NCBI RefSeq assembly: GCF_036365525.1
Contig: NC_090399.1
Location: 60,110,430 to 60,174,429, forward strand
Length of the DNA: 64,000 nt
Direction: 5' to 3'
Source: Heterodontus francisci
Lineage: Eukaryota
The position numbers were made by a program, and so were the translations under genes. This document shows, piece by piece, positions 49,301-64,000 of the stretch. Numbering within the stretch: position 1 is the stretch's first letter; each line of letters opens with the position of its first letter. The notes beneath the pieces are model-generated. The model searched no databases. It had not been told where the DNA came from and saw only the letters and a list, made by a program, of their open reading frames with translations.

Positions 49301-52300
49301 TATCACTGTATTCAGTCTCACCTTTATCAATCACTCTCTGTTTGTGTCTCTCTGTATCACTCTATTCAGTCTCACCTTTATCAATCACCCTCTATTTGTG
49401 TCTCTCTGTATCACTGTATTCACTCTCACCTTTATCAATCACTCTCTGTTTGTGACTCTCTGTATCACTCTATTCAGTCTCACCTTTATCAATCACCCTC
49501 TATTTGTGTCTCTCTGTATCACTGTATTCACTCTCACCTTTATCAATCACTCTCTGTTTGTGTCTCTCTGTATCACTGTATTCAAGTCTCACCTTTATCA
49601 ATCTCCTCTGTTTGTGTCTCTCTGTATCACTGTATTCAGTCTCACCTTTATCAATCACCCTCTATTTGTGTCTCTCTGTATCACTGTATTCAGTCTCACC
49701 TTTATCAATCACTCTCTGTTTGTGTCTCTCTGTATCACTGTATTCAGTCTCACCTTTATCAATCACTCTCTGTTTGTGTCTCTCTGTATCACTCTATTCA
49801 GTCTCACCTTTATCAATCACTCTCTGTTTGTGTCTCTCTGTATCACTCTATTCAGTCTCACCTTTATCAATCACCCTCTGTTTGTGTCTCTCTGTATCAC
49901 TCTATTCAGTCTCACCTTTATCAATCACTCTCTGTTTGTGTCTCTCTGTATCACTGTATTCATTCTCACCTTTATCAATCACTCTCTGTTTGTGTCTCTC
50001 TGTATCACTCTATTCAGTCTCACCTTTATCAATCACCCTCTGTTTGTGTCTCTCTGTATCACTGTATTCAGTCTCACCTTTATCAATCACTCTCTGTTTG
50101 TGTCTCTCTGTATCACTGTATTCATTCTCACCTTTATCAATCACCCTCTGTTTGTGTCTCTCTGTATCACTGTATTCATTCTCACCTTTATCAATCACTC
50201 TCTGTTTGTGTCTCTCTGTATCACTGTATTCAGTCTCACCTTTATCAATCACTCTCTATTTGTGTCTCTCTGTATCACTGTATTCATTCTCACCTTTATC
50301 AATCACTCTCTATTTGTGTCTCTCTGTATCACTCTATTCATTCTCACCTTTATCAATCACCCTCTGTTTGTGCGTCCAAATCTGTATCACTGTATTCATT
50401 CTCACCTTTATCAATCACTCTCTGTTTGTGTCTCTCTGTATCACTGTATTCAGTCTCACCTTTATCAATCACTCTCTGTTTGTGTCTCTCTGTATCACTG
50501 TATTCAATCTCACCTTTATCAATCTCCTCTGTTTGTGACTCTCTGTATCACTGTATTCAGTCTCACCTTTATCAATTTCCTCTGTTTGTGACTCTCTGTA
50601 TCACTGTATTCAGTCTCACCTTTATCAATCACTCTCTATTTGTGTCTCACTCTGTATCACTGTATTCTGTCTCACCTTTATCAATCACCCTCTGTTTGTG
50701 TGTCTCACTCTGTATCACTGTATTCAGTCTCACCTTTATCAATCTCCTCTGTTTGTCTCACTCTGTATCACTGTATTCATACTCACCTTTATCAATCACC
50801 CTCTGTTTGTGCGTCTCACTCTGTATCACTGTATTCAGTCTCACCTTTATCAATCACTCTCTGTTTGTGACTCTCTGTATCACTGTATTCAGTCTCACCT
50901 TTATCAATCTCCTCTGTTTGTGACTCTCTGTATCACTGTATTCAGTCTCACCTTTATCAATCTCCTCTGTTTGTGACTCTCTGTATCACTGTATTCAGTC
51001 TCACCTTTATCAATCACTCTCTATTTGTGTCTCACTCTGTATCACTGTATTCTGTCTCACCTTTATCAATCACCCTCTGTTTGTGTGTCTCACTCTGTAT
51101 CACTGTATTCAGTCTCACCTTTATCAATCCCCTCTGTTTGTGTCTCTCTGTATCACTGTATTCAGGCTCACCTTTATCAATCCCCTCTGTTTGTGTCTCT
51201 CTGTATCACTCTATTCATTCTCACCTTTATCAATCACCCTCTGTTTGTGCGTCCAAATCTGTATCACTGTATTCATTCTCACCTTTATCAATCACTCTCT
51301 GTTTGTGTCTCTCTGTATCACTGTATTCAGTCTCACCTTTATCAATCACTCTCTGTTTGTGTCTCTCTGTATCACTGTATTCAGTCTCACCTTTATCAAT
51401 GTCCTCTGTTTGTGACTCTCTGTATCACTGTATTCAGTCTCACCTTTATCAATCTCCTCTGTTTGTGACTCTCTGTATCACTGTATTCAGTCTCACCTTT
51501 ATCAATCACTCTCTATTTGTGTCTCACTCTGTATCACTGTATTCTGTCTCACCTTTATCAATCACCCTCTGTTTGTGTGTCTCACTCTGTATCACTGTAT
51601 TCAGTCTCACCTTTATCAATCCCCTCTGTTTGTGTCTCTCTGTATCACTGTCTTCAGGCTCACCTTTATCAATCCCCTCTGTTTGTGTCTCTCTGTATCA
51701 CTCTATTCATTCTCACCTTTATCAATCACCCTCTGTTTGTGCGTCCAAATCTGTATCACTGTATTCATTCTCACCTTTATCAATCACTCTCTGTTTGTGT
51801 CTCTCTGTATCACTGTATTCAGTCTCACCTTTATCAATCACTCTCTGTTTGTGTCTCTCTGTATCACTGTATTCAGTCTCACCTTTATCAATCACCCTCT
51901 TTTTGTGTCTCTCTGTATCACTGTATTCAGTCTCACCTTTATCAATCACTCTCTGTTTGTGTCTCACACTGTATCACTGTATTCAGTCTCACCTTTATCA
52001 ATCTCCTCTGTTTGTGTCTTTCTGTATCACTGCATTCAGTCTCACCTTTTTCAATCTCCTCTGTTTGTGTCTCTCTGTCTCACTGTATTCAGTCTCATCT
52101 TTATCAATCACCCTCTATTTGTGTCTCACACTGTATCACTGTATTCAGTCTCACCTTTATCAATCACCCTCTGTTTGTGCGTCTCACTCTGTATCACTGG
52201 ATTCATTCTCACCTTTATCAATCACTCTCTGTTTGTGTCTCTCTGTATCACTGTATTCATTCTCACCTTTATCAATCTCCTCTATTTGTGTCTCTCTGTA

Positions 52301-55300
52301 TCACTGTATTCAGTCTCACCTTTATCAATCACTCTCTGTTTGTGTCTCTCTGTATCACTCTATTCAGTCTCACCTTTATCAATCACTCTCTGTTTGTGTG
52401 TCTCTGTATCACTGTATTCATTCTCACCTTTATCAATCTCCTCTATTTGTGTCTCTCTGTATCACTGTATTCACTCTCACCTTTCTCAATCTCCTCTATT
52501 TGTGTCTCTCTGTATCACTGTATTCAGTCTCACCTTTATCAATCACCCTCTATTTGTGTCTCTCTGTATCACTGTATTCAGTCTCACCTTTATCAATCAC
52601 TCTCTGTTTGTGTCTCTCTGTATCACTGTATTCAGTCTCACCTTTATCAATCACCCTCTATTTGTGTCTCTCTGTATCACTGTATTCAGTCTCACCTTTA
52701 TCAATCCCCTCTGTTTGTGTCTCTCTGTATCACTGTATTCATTCTCACCTTTATCAATCTCCTCTATTTGTGTCTCTCTGTATCACTGTATTCAGTCTCA
52801 CCTTTATCAATCACTCTCTATTTGTGTCTCTCTGTATCACTGTATTCAAGTCTCACCTTTATCAATCACTCTCTGTTTGTGTCTCTCTGTATCACTGTAT
52901 TCAAGTCTCACCTTTATCAATCACTCTCTGTTTGTGTCTCTCTGTATCACTGTATTCAAGTCTCACCTTTATCAATCACCCTCTATTTGTGTCTCTCTGT
53001 ATCACTGTATTCAAGTCTCACCTTTATCAATCACTCTGTTTGTGTCTCTCTGTATCACTGTATTCAGTCTCACCTTTATCAATCACTCTCTGTTTGTGTC
53101 TCTCTGTATCACTCTATTCAGTCTCACCGTTATCAATCACTCTCTGTTTGTGTCTCTCTGTATCACTCGATTCAGTCTCACCTTTATCAATCACTCTCTG
53201 TTTGTGTCTCTCTGTATCACTCTATTCAGTCTCACCTTTATCAATCACTCTCTGTTTGTGTCTCTCTGTATCACTCTATTCAGTCTCACCTTTATCAATC
53301 TCCTCTATTTGTGTCTCTCTGTATCACTGTATTCAGTCTCACCTTTATCAATCACTCTCTGTTTGTGTCTCTCTGTATCACTGTATTCACTCTCACCTTT
53401 ATCAATCACCCTCTATTTGTGTCTCTCTGTATCACTGTATTCAGTCTCACCTTTATCAATCACTCTCTGTTTGTGTCTCTCTGTATCACTGTATTCAGTC
53501 TCACCTTTATCAATCACCCTCTATTTGTGTCTCTCTGTATCACTGTATTCAAGTCTCACCTTGATCAATCACTCTCTGTTTGTGTCTCTCTGTATCACTG
53601 TATTCAGTCTCACCTTTATCAATCACCCTCTATTTGTGTCTCTCTGTGTCACTGTATTCAAGTCTCACCTTTATCAATCACTCTCTGTTTGTGTCTCTCT
53701 GTATCACTGTATTCAAGTCTCACCTTTATCAATCTCCTCTGTTTGTGTCTCTCTGTATCACTGTATTCAGTCTCACCTTTATCAATCACCCTCTATTTGT
53801 GTCTCTCTGTATCACTGTATTCAGTCTCACCTTTATCAATCACTCTCTGTTTGTGTCTCTCTGTATCACTGTATTCAGTCTCACCTTTATCAATCACTCT
53901 CTGTTTGTGTCTCTCTGTATCACTCTATTCAGACTCACCTTTATCAATCACTCTGTGTTTGTGTCTCTCTGTATCACTCTATTCAGTCTCACCTTTATCA
54001 ATCACCCTCTGTTTGTGTCTCTCTGTATCACTCTATTCAGTCTCACCTTTATCAATCACTCTCTGTTTGTGTCTCTCTGTATCACTGTATTCATTCTCAC
54101 CTTTATCAATCACTCTCTGTTTGTGTCTCTCTGTATCACTCTATTCAGTCTCACCTTTATCAATCACCCTCTGTTTGTGTCTCTCTGTATCACAGTATTC
54201 AGTCTCACCTTTATCAATCACTCTCTGTTTGTGTCTCTCTGTATCACTGTATTCATTCTCACCTTTATCAATCACTCTCTGTTTGTGTCTCTCTGTATCA
54301 CTCTATTCAGTCTCACCTTTATCAATCACTCTCTGTTTGTGTCCCTCTGTATCACTGTATTCATTCTCACCTTTATCAATCACTCTCTGTTTGTGTCTCT
54401 CTGTATCACTCTATTCAGTCTCACCTTTATCAATCACCCTCTGTTTGTGTCTCTCTGTATCACTGTATTCATTCTCACCTTTATCAATCACTCTCTGTTT
54501 GTGTCTCTCTGTATCACTGTATTCAGTCTCACCTTTATCAATCACTCTCTATTTGTGTCTCTCTGTATCACTGTATTCATTCTCACCTTTATCAATCACT
54601 CTCTGTTTGTGTCTCTCTGTATCACTGTATTCAGTCTCACCTTTATCAATCTCCTCTATTTGTGTCTCTCTGTATCACTGTATTCATTCTCACCTTTATC
54701 AATCACTCTCTGTTTGTGTCTCTCTGTATCACTGTATTCAGTCTCACCTTTATCAATCACCCTCTGTTTGTGTCTCTCTGTATCACTGTATTCAGTCTCA
54801 CCTTTATCAATCACTCTCTATTTGTGTCTCTCTGTATCACTGTATTCATTCTCACCTTTATCAATCACTCTCTGTTTGTGTCTCTCTGTATCACTGTATT
54901 CAGTCTCACCTTTATCAATCTCCTCTATTTGTGTCTCTCTGTATCACTGTATTCATTCTCACCTTTATCAATCACTCTCTGTTTGTGTCTCTCTGTATCA
55001 CTGTATTCAGTCTCACCTTTATCAATCACCCTCTGTTTGTGTCTCTCTGTTTCACTGTATTCAGTCTCACCTTTATCAATCACTCTCTGTTTGTGTCTCT
55101 CTGTATCACTCTATTCAGTCTCACCTTTATCAATCAGTCTCTGTTTGTGTCTCTCTGGATCACTGTATTCATTCTCACCTTTATCAATCACTCTCTGTTT
55201 GTGTCTCTCTGTATCACTGTATTCAGTCTCACCTTTATCAATCACCCTCTGTTTGTGTCTCTCTGTATCACTGTATTCAGTCTCACCTTTATCAATCCCC

Positions 55301-58300
55301 TCTGTTTGTGTCTCTCTGTATCACTCTATTCATTCTCACCTTTATCAATCACTCTCTGTTTGTGTCTCTCTGTATCACTCTATTCAGTCTCACCTTTATC
55401 AATCACCCTCTGTTTGTGTCTCTCTGTATCACTGTATTCATTCTCACCTTTATCAATCACTCTCTGTTTGTGTCTCTCTGTATCACTGTATTCAGTCTCA
55501 CCTTTATCAATCACCCTCTGTTTGTGTCTCTCTGTATCACTGTGTTCAGTGTCACCTTTATCAATCACTCTCTGTTTGTGTCTCTCTGTATCACTCTATT
55601 CAGTCTCACCTTTATCAATCACCCTCTGTTTGTGTCTCTCTGTATCACTGTATTCAGTCTCACCTTTATCAATCACTCTCTGTTTGTGTCTCTCTGTATC
55701 ACTCTATTCTGTCTCACCTTTATCAATCACTCTCTGTTTGTGTCTCTCTGGATCACTGTATTCATTCTCACCTTTATCAATCACTCTCTGTTTGTGTCTC
55801 TCTGTATCACTGTATTCATTCTCACCTTTATCAATCACTCTCTGTTTGTGTCTCTCTGTATCACTGTATTAAGTCTCACCTTTATCAATCACCCTCTGTT
55901 TGTGTCTCTCTGTATCACTGTATTCAGTCTCACCTTTATCAATCACTCTCTGTTTGTGTCTCTCTGTATCACTCTATTCATTCTCACCTTTATCAATCAC
56001 TCTCTGTTTGTGTCTCTCTGTATCACTCTATTCAGTCTCACCTTTATCAATCACCCTCTGTTTGTGTCTCTCTGTATCACTGTATTCATTCTCACCTTTA
56101 TCAATCACTCTCTGTTTGTGTCTCTCTGTATCACTGTATTCAGTCTCACCTTTATCAATCACCCTCTGTTTGTGTCTCTCTGTATCACTGTGTTCAGTCT
56201 CACCTTTATCAATCACTCTCTGTTTGTGTCTCTCTGTATCACTCTATTCAGTCTCACCTTTATCAATCACCCTCTGTTTGTGTCTCTCTGTATCACTGTA
56301 TTCAGTCTCACCTTTATCAATCACCCTCTATTTGTGTCTCTCTGTATCACTCTATTCAGTCTCACCTTTATCAATCACTCTCTGTTTGTGTCTCTCTGTA
56401 TCACTCTATTCAGTCTCACCTTTATCAATCACTCTCTGTTTGTGTCTCTCTGTATCACTGTATTCAGTCTCACCTTTATCAATCACTCTCTGTTTGTGTC
56501 TCTCTGTATCACTGTATTCAGTCTCACATTTATCAATCACTCTCTGTTTGTGTCTTTCTGTATCACTGCATTCACTCTCACCTTTATCAATCACTCTCTG
56601 TTTGTGTCTCTCTGTATCACTGTATTCAGTCTCACCTTTATCAATCACCCTCTGTTTGTGTGTCTCTGTATCACTGTGTTCAGTCTCACCTTTATCAATC
56701 TCCCTCTATTTGTGTCTCTCTGTATCACTGTATTCATTCTCACCTTTATCAATCACTCTCTGTTTGTGTCTCTCTGTATCACTGTATTCAGTCTCACCTT
56801 TATCAATCACTCTCTGTTTGTGTCTCTCTGTATCACTGTATTCAGTCTCACCTTTATCAATCACTCTCTGTTTGTGTCTCTCTGTATCACTCTATTCAGT
56901 CTCACCTTTATCAATCACTCTCTGTTTGTGTCTCTCTATCACTTTATTCAGTCTCACCTTTATCAATCACCCTCTTTTTGTGTCTCTCTGTATCACTGTA
57001 TTCAAGTCTCACCTTTATCAATCACTCTCTGTTTGTGTCTCTCTGTATCACTGTATTCAGGCTCACCTTTATCAATCCCCTCTGTTTGTGTCTCTCTGTA
57101 TCACTGTATTCATTCTCACCTTTATCAATCACTCTCTGTTTGTGTCTCTCTGTATCACTGTATTCAGGCTCACCTTTATCAATCCCCTCTGTTTGTGTCT
57201 CTCTGTATCACTGTATTCATTCTCACCTTTATCAATCACTCTCTGTTTGTGTCTCTCTGTATCACTGTATTCAGTCTCACCTTTATCAATCACTCTCTGT
57301 TTGTGTCTCTCTGTATCACTCTATTCAGTCTCACCTTTATCAATCACTCTCTGTTTGTGTCTCTCTGTATCACTGTATTCAGTCTCACCTTTATCAATCA
57401 CTCTCTGTTTGTGTCTCTCTGTATCACTCTATTCAGTCTCACCTATATCAATCACTCTCTGTTTGTGTCTCTCTGTATCACTCTATTCAGTCTCACCTTT
57501 ATCAATCACTCTCTGTTTGTGTCTCTCTGTATCACTGTATTCAGTCTCACCTTTATCAATCACTCTCTGTTTGTGTCTCTCTGTATCACTGTATTCAAGT
57601 CTCACCTTTATCAATCACTCTCTGTTTGTGACTCTCTGTATCACTGTATTCAGTCTCACCTTTATCAATCACTCTCTGTTTGTGTCTCTCTGTATCACTC
57701 TATTCAGTCTCACCTTTATCAATCACCCTCTGTTTGTGTCTCTCTGTATCACTGTATTCAGTCTCACCTTTATCAATCACTCTCTGTTTGTGTCTCTCTG
57801 TATCACTCTATTCATTCTCACCTTTATCAATCACTCTCTGTTTGTGTCTCTCTGTATCACTCTATTCATTCTCACCTTTATCAATCACCCTCTGTTTGTG
57901 TCTCTCTGTATCAATGTATTCATTCTCACCTTTATCAATCACCCTCTGTTTGTGTCTCTCTGTATCACTGTGTTCAGTCTCACCTTTATCAATCACTCTC
58001 TGTTTGTGTCTCTCTGTATCACTCTATTCAGTCTCACCTTTATCAATCACCCTCTGTTTGTGTCTCTCTGTATCATTGTATTCAGTCTCACCTTTATCAA
58101 TCACTCTCTGTTTGTGTCTCTCTGTATCACTGTATTCAGTCTCACCTTTATCAATCACCCTCTGTTTGTGTCTCTCTGTATCACTGTGTTCAGTATCACC
58201 TTTATCAATCACTCTCTGTTTGTGTCTCTCTGTATCACTCTATTCAGTCTCACCTTTATCAATCACTCTCTGTTTGTGTCTCTCTGTATCATTGTATTCA

Positions 58301-61300
58301 GTCTCACCTTTATCAATCACTCTCTGTTTGTGTCTCTCTGTATCACTCTATTCAGTCTCACCTTTATCAATCACCCTCTATTTGTGTCTCTCTGTATCAC
58401 TGTATTCAGTCTCACCTTTATCAATCACCCTCTATTTGTGTCTCTCTGTATCACTGTGTTCAGTCTCACCTTTATCAATCACTCTCTGTTTGTGTCTCTC
58501 TGTATCACTCTATTCAGTCTCACCTTTATCAATCACTCTCTGTTTGTGTCTCTCTGTATCATTGTATTCAGTCTCACCTTTATCAATCACTCTCTGTTTG
58601 TGTCTCTCTGTATCACTCTATTCAGTCTCACCTTTATCAATCACCCTCTATTTGTGTCTCTCTGTATCACTGTATTCAGTCTCACCTTTATCAATCCCCT
58701 CTGTTGGTGTCTCTCTGTATCACTGTATTCATTCTCACCTTTATCAATCACTCTCTGTTTGTGTCTCTCTGTATCACTGTATTCAGTCTCACCTTTATCA
58801 ATCACTCTCTGTTTGTGTCTCTCTGTATCACTCTATTCAGTCTCACCTTTATCAATCACTCTCTGTTTGTGTCTCTCTGTATCACTGTATTCAGTCTCAC
58901 CTTTATCAATCACTCTCTGTTTGTGTCTCTCTGTATCACTCTATTCAGTCTCACCTATATCAATCACTCTCTGTTTGTGTCTCTCTGTATCACTCTATTC
59001 AGTGTCACCTTTATCAATCACTCTCTGTTTGTGTCTCTCTGTATCACTGTATTCAAGTCTCACCTTTATCAATCACTCTCTGTTTGTGTTTCTCTGTATC
59101 ACTGTATTCAGTCTCACCTTTATCAATCACTCTCTGTTTGTGTCTCTCTGTATCACTGTATTCAAGTCTCACCTTTATCAATCACTCTCTGTTTGTGACT
59201 CTCTGTATCACTGTATTCAGTCTCACCTTTATCAATCACTCTCTGTTTGTGTCTCTCTGTATCACTCTATTCAGTCTCACCTTTATCAATCACTCTCTAT
59301 TTGTGTCTCTCTGTATCACTGTATTCAGTCTCACCTTTATCAATCACTCTCTGTTTGTGTCTCTCTGTATCACTGTATTCAAGTCTCACCTTTATCAATC
59401 ACTCTCTGTTTGTGTCTCTCTGTATCACTGTATTCAAGTCTCACCTTTATCAATCACTCTCTATTTGTGTCTCTCTGTATCACTCTATTCAGTCTCACCT
59501 TTATCAATCACTCTCTATTTGTGTCTCTCTGTATCACTGTATTCAGTCTCACCTTTATCAATCATTCTCTGTTTGTGACTCTCTGTATCACTGTATTCAG
59601 TCTCACCTTTATCAATCACTCTCTGTTTGTGTCTCTCTGTATCACTGTATTCAAGTCTCACCTTTATCAATCACTCTCTGTTTGTGTCTCTCTGTATCAC
59701 TGTATTCAGTCTCACCTTTATCAATCACCCTCTATTTGTGTCTCTCTGTATCACTCTATTCAGTCTCACCTTTATCAATCACTCTCTGTTTGTGTCTCTC
59801 TGTATCACTCTATTCAGTCTCACCTTTATCAATCACTCTCTGTTTGTGTCTCTCTGTATCACTGTATTCAGTCTCACCTTTATCAATCACTCTCTGTTTG
59901 TGTCTTTCTGTATCACTGCATTCACTCTCACCTTTATCAATCACTCTCTGTTTGTGTCTCTCTGTATCACTGTATTCAGTCTCACCTTTATCAATCACCC
60001 TCTGTTTGTGTCTCTCTGTATCACTGTGTTCAGTCTCACCTTTATCAATCTCCCTCTATTTGTGTCTCTCTGTATCACTGTATTCATTCTCACCTTTATC
60101 AATCACTCTCTGTTTGTGTCTCTCTGTATCACTGTATTCAGTCTCACCTTTATCAATCACTCTCTGTTTGTGTCTCTCTGTATCACTGTATTCAGTCTCA
60201 CCTTTATCAATCACTCTCTGTTTGTGTCTCTCTGTATCACTGTATTCAGTCTCACCTTTATCAATCACTCTCTGTTTGTGTCTCTCTATCACTTTATTCA
60301 GTCTCACCTTTATCAATCACCCTCTTTTTGTGTCTCTCTGTATCACTGTATTCAGGCTCACCTTTATCAATCCCCTCTGTTTGTGTCTCTCTGTATCACT
60401 GTATTCATTCTCACCTTTATCAATCACTCTCTGTTTGTGTCTCTCTGTATCACTGTATTCAGGCTCACCTTTATCAATCCCCTCTGTTTGTGTCTCTCTG
60501 TATCACTGTATTCATTCTCACCTTTATCAATCACTCTCTGTTTGTGTCTCTCTGTATCACTGTATTCAGTCTCACCTTTATCAATCACTCTCTGTTTGTG
60601 TCTCTCTGTATCACTCTATTCAGTCTCACCTTTATCAATCACTCTCTGTTTGTGTCTCTCTGTATCACTGTATTCAGTCTCACCTTTATCAATCACTCTC
60701 TGTTTGTGTCTCTCTGTATCACTCTATTCAGTCTCACCTATATCAATCACTCTCTGTTTGTGTCTCTCTGTATCACTCTATTCAGTCTCACCTTTATCAA
60801 TCACTCTCTGTTTGTGTCTCTCTGTATCACTGTATTCAAGTCTCACCTTTATCAATCACTCTCTGTTTGTGTCTCTCTGTATCACTGTATTCAGTCTCAC
60901 CTTTATCAATCACTCTCTGTTTGTGTCTCTCTGTATCACTCTATTCAGTCTCACCTTTATCAATCACTCTCTGTTTGTGTCTCTCTGTATCACTGTATTC
61001 AAGTCTCACCTTTATCAATCACTCTCTGTTTGTGTCTCTCTGTATCACTGTATTCAGTCTCACCTTTATCAATCACTCTCTGTTTGTGTCTCTCTGTATC
61101 ACTCTATTCAGTCTCACCTTTATCAATCACTCTCTGTTTGTGTCTCTCTATCTCTTTATTCAGTCTCACCTTTATCAATCACCCTCTTTTTGTGTCTCTC
61201 TGTATCACTGTATTCAGGCTCACCTTTATCAATCCCCTCTGTTTGTGTCTCTCTGTATCACTGTATTCATTCTCACCTTTATCAATCACTCTCTGTTTGT

Positions 61301-64000
61301 GTCTCTCTGTATCACTGTATTCAGGCTCACCTTTATCAATCCCCACTGTTTGTGTCTCTCTGTATCACTGTATTCATTCTCACCTTTATCAATCACTCTC
61401 TGTTTGTGTCTCTCTGTATCACTGTATTCAGTCTCACCTTTATCAATCACTCTCTGTTTGTGTCTCTCTGTATCACTCTATTCAGTCTCACCTTTATCAA
61501 TCACTCTCTGTTTGTGTCTCTCTGTATCACTGTATTCAGTCTCACCTTTATCAATCACTCTCTGTTTGTGTCTCTCTGTATCACTCTATTCAGTCTCACC
61601 TATATCAATCACTCTCTGTTTGTGTCTCTCTGTATCACTCTATTCAGTCTCACCTTTATCAATCACTCTCTGTTTGTGTCTCTCTGTATCACTGTATTCA
61701 AGTCTCACCTTTATCAATCACTCTCTGTTTGTGTCTCTCTGTATCACTGTATTCAGTTTCACCTTTATCAATCACTCTCTGTTTGTGTCTCTCTGTATCA
61801 CTCTATTCAGTCTCACCTTTATCAATCACTCTCTATTTGTGTCTCTCTGTATCACTGTATTCAGTCTCACCTTTATCAATCACTCTCTGTTTGTGTCTCT
61901 CTGTATCACTGTATTCAAGTCTCACCTTTATCAATCACTCTCTGTTTGTGTCTCTCTGTATCACTGTATTCAAGTCTCACCTTTATCAATCACTCTCTAT
62001 TTGTGTCTCTCTGTATCACTCTATTCAGTCTCACCTTTATCAATCACTCTCTATTTGTGTCTCTCTGTATCACTGTATTCAGTCTCACCTTTATCAATCA
62101 TTCTCTGTTTGTGACTCTCTGTATCACTGTATTCAGTCTCACCTTTATCAATCACTCTCTGTTTGTGTCTTTCTGTATCACTGCATTCACTCTCACCTTT
62201 ATCAATCACTCTCTGTTTGTGTCTCTCTGTATCACTGTATTCAGTCTCACCTTTATCAATCACCCTCTGTTTGTGTCTCTCTGTATCACTGTGTTCAGTC
62301 TCACCTTTATCAATCTCCCTCTATTTGTGTCTCTCTGTATCACTGTATTCATTCTCACCTTTATCAATCACTCTCTGTTTGTGTCTCTCTGTATCACTGT
62401 ATTCAGTCTCACCTTTATCAATCACTCTCTGTTTGTGTCTCTCTGTATCACTGTATTCAGTCTCACCTTTATCAATCACTCTCTGTTTGTGTCTCTCTGT
62501 ATCACTCTATTCAGTCTCACCTTTATCAATCACTCTCTGTTTGTGTCTCTCTATCACTTTATTCAGTCTCACCTTTATCAATCAACCTCTTTTTGTGTCT
62601 CTCTGTATCACTGTATTCAAGTCTCACCTTTATCAATCACTCTCTGTTTGTGTCTCTCTGTATCACTGTATTCAGGCTCACCTTTATCAATCCCCTCTGT
62701 TTGTGTCTCTCTGTATCACTGTATTCATTCTCACCTTTATCAATCACTCTCTGTTTGTGTCTCTCTGTGTCACTGTATTCAGGCTCACCTTTATCAATCC
62801 CCTCTGTTTGTGTCTCTCTGTATCACTGTATTCATTCTCACCTTTATCAATCACTCTCTGTTTGTGTCTCTCTGTATCACTGTATTCAGTCTCACCTTTA
62901 TCAATCACTCTCTGTTTGTGTCTCTCTGTATCACTCTATTCAGTCTCACCTTTATCAATCACTCTCTGTTTGTGTCTCTCTGTATCACTGTATTCAGTCT
63001 CACCTTTATCAATCACTCTCTGTTTGTGTCTCTCTGTATCACTCTATTCAGTCTCACCTATATCAATCACTCTCTGTTTGTGTCTCTCTGTATCATTCTA
63101 TTCAGTCTCACCTTTATCAATCACTCTCTGTTTGTGTCTCTCTGTATCACTGTATTCAAGTCTCACCTTTATCAATCACTCTCTGTTTGTGTCTCTCTGT
63201 ATCACTGTATTCAGTCTCACCTTTATCAATCACTCTCTGTTTGTGTCTCTCTGTATCACTGTATTCAAGTCTCACCTTTATCAATCACTCTCTGTTTGTG
63301 ACTCTCTGTATCACTGTATTCAGTCTCACCTTTATCAATCACTCTCTGTTTGTGTCTCTCTGTATCACTCTATTCAGTCTCACCTTTATCAATCACTCTC
63401 TATTTGTGTCTCTCTGTATCACTGTATTCAGTCTCACCTTTATCAATCACTCTCTGTTTGTGTCTCTCTGTATCACTGTATTCAAGTCTCACCTTTATCA
63501 ATCACTCTCTGTTTGTGTCTCTCTGTATCACTGTATTCAAGTCTCACCTTTATCAATCACTCTCTATTTGTGTCTCTCTGTATCACTCTATTCAGTCTCA
63601 CCTTTATCAATCACTCTCTATTTGTGTCTCTCTGTATCACTGTATTCAGTCTCACCTTTATCAATCATTCTCTGTTTGTGACTCTCTGTATCACTGTATT
63701 CAGTCTCACCTTTATCAATCACTCTCTGTTTGTGTCTCTCTGTATCACTCTCTTCAGTCTCACCTTTATCAATCACTCTCTGTTTGTGTCTCTCTGTATC
63801 ACTCTATTCAGTCTCACCTTTATCAATCACTCTCTATTTGTGTCTCTCTGTATCACTCTATTCAGTCTCACCTTTATCAATCACTCTCTGTTTGTGACTC
63901 TCTGTATCACTGTATTCAGTCTCACCTTTATCAATCACTCTCTGTTTGTGTCTCTCTGTATCACTCTATTCAGTCTCACCTTTATCAATCACTCTCTGTT
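40330..64000. repeat. 54-bp satellite array (at least 23.6 kb, roughly 430-440 monomers, runs off the window)
   Basis: Consensus ctctgtatcactgtattcagtctcacctttatcaatcactctctgtttgtgtct; monomer variants of ~52-58 bp; higher-order periodicity. Confidence 0.99.

Noticed and set aside
40084-63681. Very long ORFs (up to 2593 aa) as protein-coding genes
   Set aside because: They overlap in all three frames of a 54-bp satellite, shift frame at monomer indels and mostly lack ATG starts

Overview
Eukaryotic, repeat-rich genomic DNA, almost certainly from a cartilaginous fish (shark): it carries an HE1/V-domain tRNA SINE, many CR1 LINEs and a shark-type MHC class I gene. The only host gene I can support is the 3' part of a classical-looking MHC class I heavy chain (UAA-like, + strand): alpha2 exon 3368-3640, alpha3 exon 4242-4517, connecting peptide/TM exon 12423-12548 and two cytoplasmic exons (13633-13668, 13971-14017). 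All junctions are phase 1 with GT-AG sites; leader and alpha1 exons must lie upstream of the window. Most of the rest of 1-40 kb is decayed, nested transposable elements: CR1, L2 and Tx1/L1 LINEs, a hAT remnant, a MITE, a retrovirus-like LTR remnant, and a ~10 kb Copia-order (GalEa-like) LTR retrotransposon with both LTRs, a tRNA-iMet PBS and a PPT. From ~40.3 kb to the end is a 54-bp satellite with higher-order structure; the very long ORFs there are artefacts of a stop-free, in-frame monomer. Most notable leads: (i) four copies of a ~100-220 bp repeat with a minimal hammerhead-ribozyme-like core, two with target-site duplications; (ii) a LINE that seems to carry a Pol III SINE head and whose internal-deletion form equals the SINE; (iii) the Copia element; (iv) unusual residues and splice architecture of the class I gene. 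I see no clear evidence of a wholly new biological system. Family assignments are by motif recall, not database search, and TE boundaries are approximate.
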